A stretch of DNA of 63,251 bases, counting the filler, from Reclinomonas americana ATCC 50394 (taxonomy: Eukaryota): NCBI GenBank assembly GCA_048213135.1. It is 7 parts of 2 records of this genome, joined end to end, with 100 filler letters (N's around TTAATTAATTAA, not from the genome) between each part and the next. Parts side by side here need not be neighbours in the genome. Positions count along the whole stretch, not along the records: positions 56,742 to 61,241 come from PS015086.1; positions 61,342 to 63,251 come from PS015086.1; 5 more parts are not named here. One strand, 5' to 3'. This document shows, one piece after another, positions 60,550-63,251 of this stretch. The notes under the pieces are model-generated. The model was not told the origin of the DNA. It saw nothing but the letters and a program-made list of their open reading frames with translations, and did no database searches. The number at the start of each line of letters is the position of its first letter. Within the stretch, counting starts at the first letter, position 1. The translations under genes and the position numbers were made by a program.

Positions 60550-61241
60550 TCATTTTTCAGCATAGCAGTCATCGAGCTCTGCCTCAAACTTCGAGATGTG
60601 ATGCATTGCCGGCATCGCCATCGGTTGCGGAGTCTCCAACACCATCGCGTCGCTCATCTCCTCATCCATCATCATCATCACCTCCACCGTCTTGTGCTGC
60701 GCCGCCGCTCCTGGCGCTTGCAACATGCCCAACATGTCGAGCTCCATTGCCTCCGCAACCAGCGGCGGCGGATTCGTATACACCTGGTTTCCGTCGATAT
60801 CGTATATCGAGCCTTCAATGTCCTCGTCGCGCGCAGCGGCAGACGACGATGCGGAGCGATGGACCGGAAGCTCGTGAGTAGTTTCCGTTTGGCCGAACAG
60901 TGCGTATGCAATGGCTGTGTATTCGGCACCGTGTGCGTCCACAACGAACCAGTTGCTGTAGCCTGTTTGAGCGCGAAGTGAGCAAAGTGTGAAGTGCAAC
61001 GAGCTCAGCATTCATGCAGACGCACATAGAATGTGGCAGATTTCGTGCTGCATAACAGCGATAAGGATGTCGAGCCTGTCGTAGCACGCGACACCGCACA
61101 CCATAATGGGCGTCTGGCTGGCCCCAGCTGGAAACGCCGCCTCAATTGGTCTCCACCATATCGTCAATACATGTTCCGTGCCTGCCCGGGAGTACAGGCC
61201 CGCGCTGTCGCTGTCCGTGCTCAGCACTCGAAACATCAACG
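60550..61241 (-). CDS. Zincin/SprT-like metalloprotease C-terminal part (HExxH), on a probably mis-oriented contig
   Basis: CYDRLDILIAVMQHEICHIL, then after a short intron ...DAHGAEYTAIAYALFGQTETTHEL (HExxH plus downstream HG third-ligand pattern). Confidence 0.65.
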
Positions 61242-61341
61242 NNNNNNNNNNNNNNNNNNNNNNNNNNNNNNNNNNNNNNNNNNNNTTAATTAATTAANNN
61301 NNNNNNNNNNNNNNNNNNNNNNNNNNNNNNNNNNNNNNNNN

Positions 61342-62802
61342 TGGCCGCCACGTAAACTGCTCCAGCAAGCGCACCTTGTGCAACTCCTCGCGCAGCGTCA
61401 GATACACGCCGTCGCTGAACTGGCGCCACGCACCCGCGTCTTGCGGCAGGTGCGGTAGCTGCTGCAGGAGCTGACTGCGCTGCTGAAACATGGGTGCCAG
61501 CTCGTCGATCTCGCCGCGCAATTCGCTAACCGAGCCCGCCGTGTGAACGTGGTCCTCGAGGCGGCGCTGCTGCTGGGGGCTGCCGGAAACCGAGCCACGC
61601 CGCCGATGCTGCAGCACCAGCAGCTCGGTGGCCAGCAACTGCCGCGGCACCACCGTGGTGGCGTCGCCGTAGCTGGCCGACGCCTGGTCGCAGCTCGTCT
61701 CCCAGCTGCGCCACAACTGCGATCGATCGAACGCCGCCTGTCGCGAGAAGGCGTCCATGCCGACCACGTAGCGCGAGGCCTCCAGTCGTGCCAGGGCTCG
61801 CTCGTACTCGTCGCCCACGGCGGCGGTGGTGGATGGTGGGTATTGCAGGGAGACGAGGCTTTCGTGGAATTTGACAATCTGGGGAAAAGGGGAAGGGTGA
61901 GGGGAATAAGGGGAAGGGGAGAGAGAATCAGAGAGACAGATCATTCCCTTCCCTCATACACACCTCTGCCATCGTACTCTCCACGTCGTCCACCATCAGA
62001 CGCATGGCCGCGCGAACCTCAGCCACGGCCGGCACCACCGAGGCGAGGCCGTCGAGACGGGCACGACACTCGTCGACCAGCGCGCTCGCCATGGTGGCCA
62101 GACGCAGCATGGAATCGTGCAGCGCAGCGTTCTCGGGCGACGACTCCTGTGCCGACTCGAGCAGCATGCGTACGGTGTCCTGCGCAGATGCGGTTACCGC
62201 CGGTGCTGGGGTGTCGTCGGCCGCCACCTCTTCCTCGGCGCTCGCAAAGCGCCGGAGAGCGCCAATCTTGTTGATGACCGATAGGCGCATCACGTGCAAC
62301 TCGAATTCAACGCCTGCGAGAAATGAACACAGAGCATGCATGCATCGTGCTTCAAGCGACACGCCACACACCTGGAACATTGCTGCTCAGCGTCTGCAGT
62401 CGTTCCGCCAGCTGCGAGACACGCTGCGCGAAGCGAACGCGCGACATGGCACGTTCCGGTGCGCTGCCGCTGCCGCCGGGTGACGACGGACCACCCTCCT
62501 CATACGGCGACTTCAATCGCTCCAGCAGACGCATTCGAGCGGCCTCACGATCGGCGCCAACGTCTGGTGCAGGAGTCAGGGAGATGAAGAGGAAAATGGA
62601 GGTGCATTAGCAGGACCACCAACCCTCGGCTTGCACGTCCCACCACCGCACGGTCTTGTCGTGCGAGGCGCTGACCAGTTCGCCCGTGTGGGTGAGCGAC
62701 AGTGCGTTGACCCAGTCCTTGTGTGACTGCAGTCGGCACAACTCGGCGGAGCGGCCGGATTCGAGCACGGCGGCAGAGGGGTCCCACACGCGGATTGTAG
62801 AG
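61342..62802 (-). CDS. WD40-repeat protein with long helical C-terminal region, partial
   Basis: DSTIRVWD...SHKDWVNALSLTHTGELVSASHDKTVRWWD spliced to the helical exons RMRLLERLK.., GVEFELHVMRL.. and IVKFHESL.. with consistent phases. Confidence 0.7.
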
Positions 62803-63251
62803 TCTGCACGAAGACAGGAGTGAGAAATGAGAGGGAGAGAGAGAGGAAGGGAACGGAAAAGAGGGAGAGAGTGACGGGAGTGCAAGAAAGAGAGAAAGAA
62901 TGAGGGGCAAGATTCAGAGCGAATGCCAAAGAGAGAGAGAAAGGGGAAGGGAAAGGGAAAGAGGGAGAGAGTGACGGGAGAGTGCAAGAAAGAGAGAAAG
63001 AGAGAGTGGGCAAGATTCAGAGCGACTGTCAGAGAGAGGGAGAAGGAGAGGGAGACAGAAAGCAAGAGACAGAGAGAAAGTGGGAGTGGGTAAGATTCAG
63101 AGCGAATACCAGAGAGAGAGAGAGAGAGAGAGAGGAAGGGAAAGGGAAAGGAGGAGAGAGAGACTGCAGATGAGCGAGAGAGACTCTTAGCAGGTAAGAG
63201 ACAGGAAGGAAAGAAGAATGAGCGCGAGAGAAACAGAGAGAAACCGACAAG

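Overview
Gene-dense, intron-rich eukaryotic (protist-like) draft-genome scaffold using the standard genetic code, with N-gaps, six artificial 100-nt N44-TTAATTAATTAA-N44 contig spacers and microsatellite-filled introns. Manual splicing gives about 20 genes. These include five tandem intronless 7-repeat WD40 genes with variable blade-surface residues and a near-invariant C-terminal tail, plus a sixth dispersed paralogue. Also present: an 11-exon, mitochondrially targeted bacterial-type split glycine decarboxylase P2 subunit (GcvPB); a HIT/FHIT hydrolase; a PH-Clu-TPR protein; an RlmN-type radical SAM methyltransferase; an orphan 7TM protein; a DCAF1/VprBP-like gene; an NLR-like NACHT-pentapeptide-WD40-PH gene with an N-terminal LRGG|GCASSK motif; a type-I membrane protein; a VIT-vWA (VWA5A-like) protein; mitoribosomal L9; a GT90 glycosyltransferase; adenosine kinase; an HExxH SprT-like protein; and a partial WD40 gene. 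Four gap-bounded segments carry exons on the opposite strand to their gene and are most likely mis-oriented contigs. The best candidate for an undescribed system is the diversifying WD40 + constant-tail family (a possible ubiquitin-ligase or immune recognition repertoire), together with the NLR-like gene. All family calls are by motif recognition only; no searches were run.
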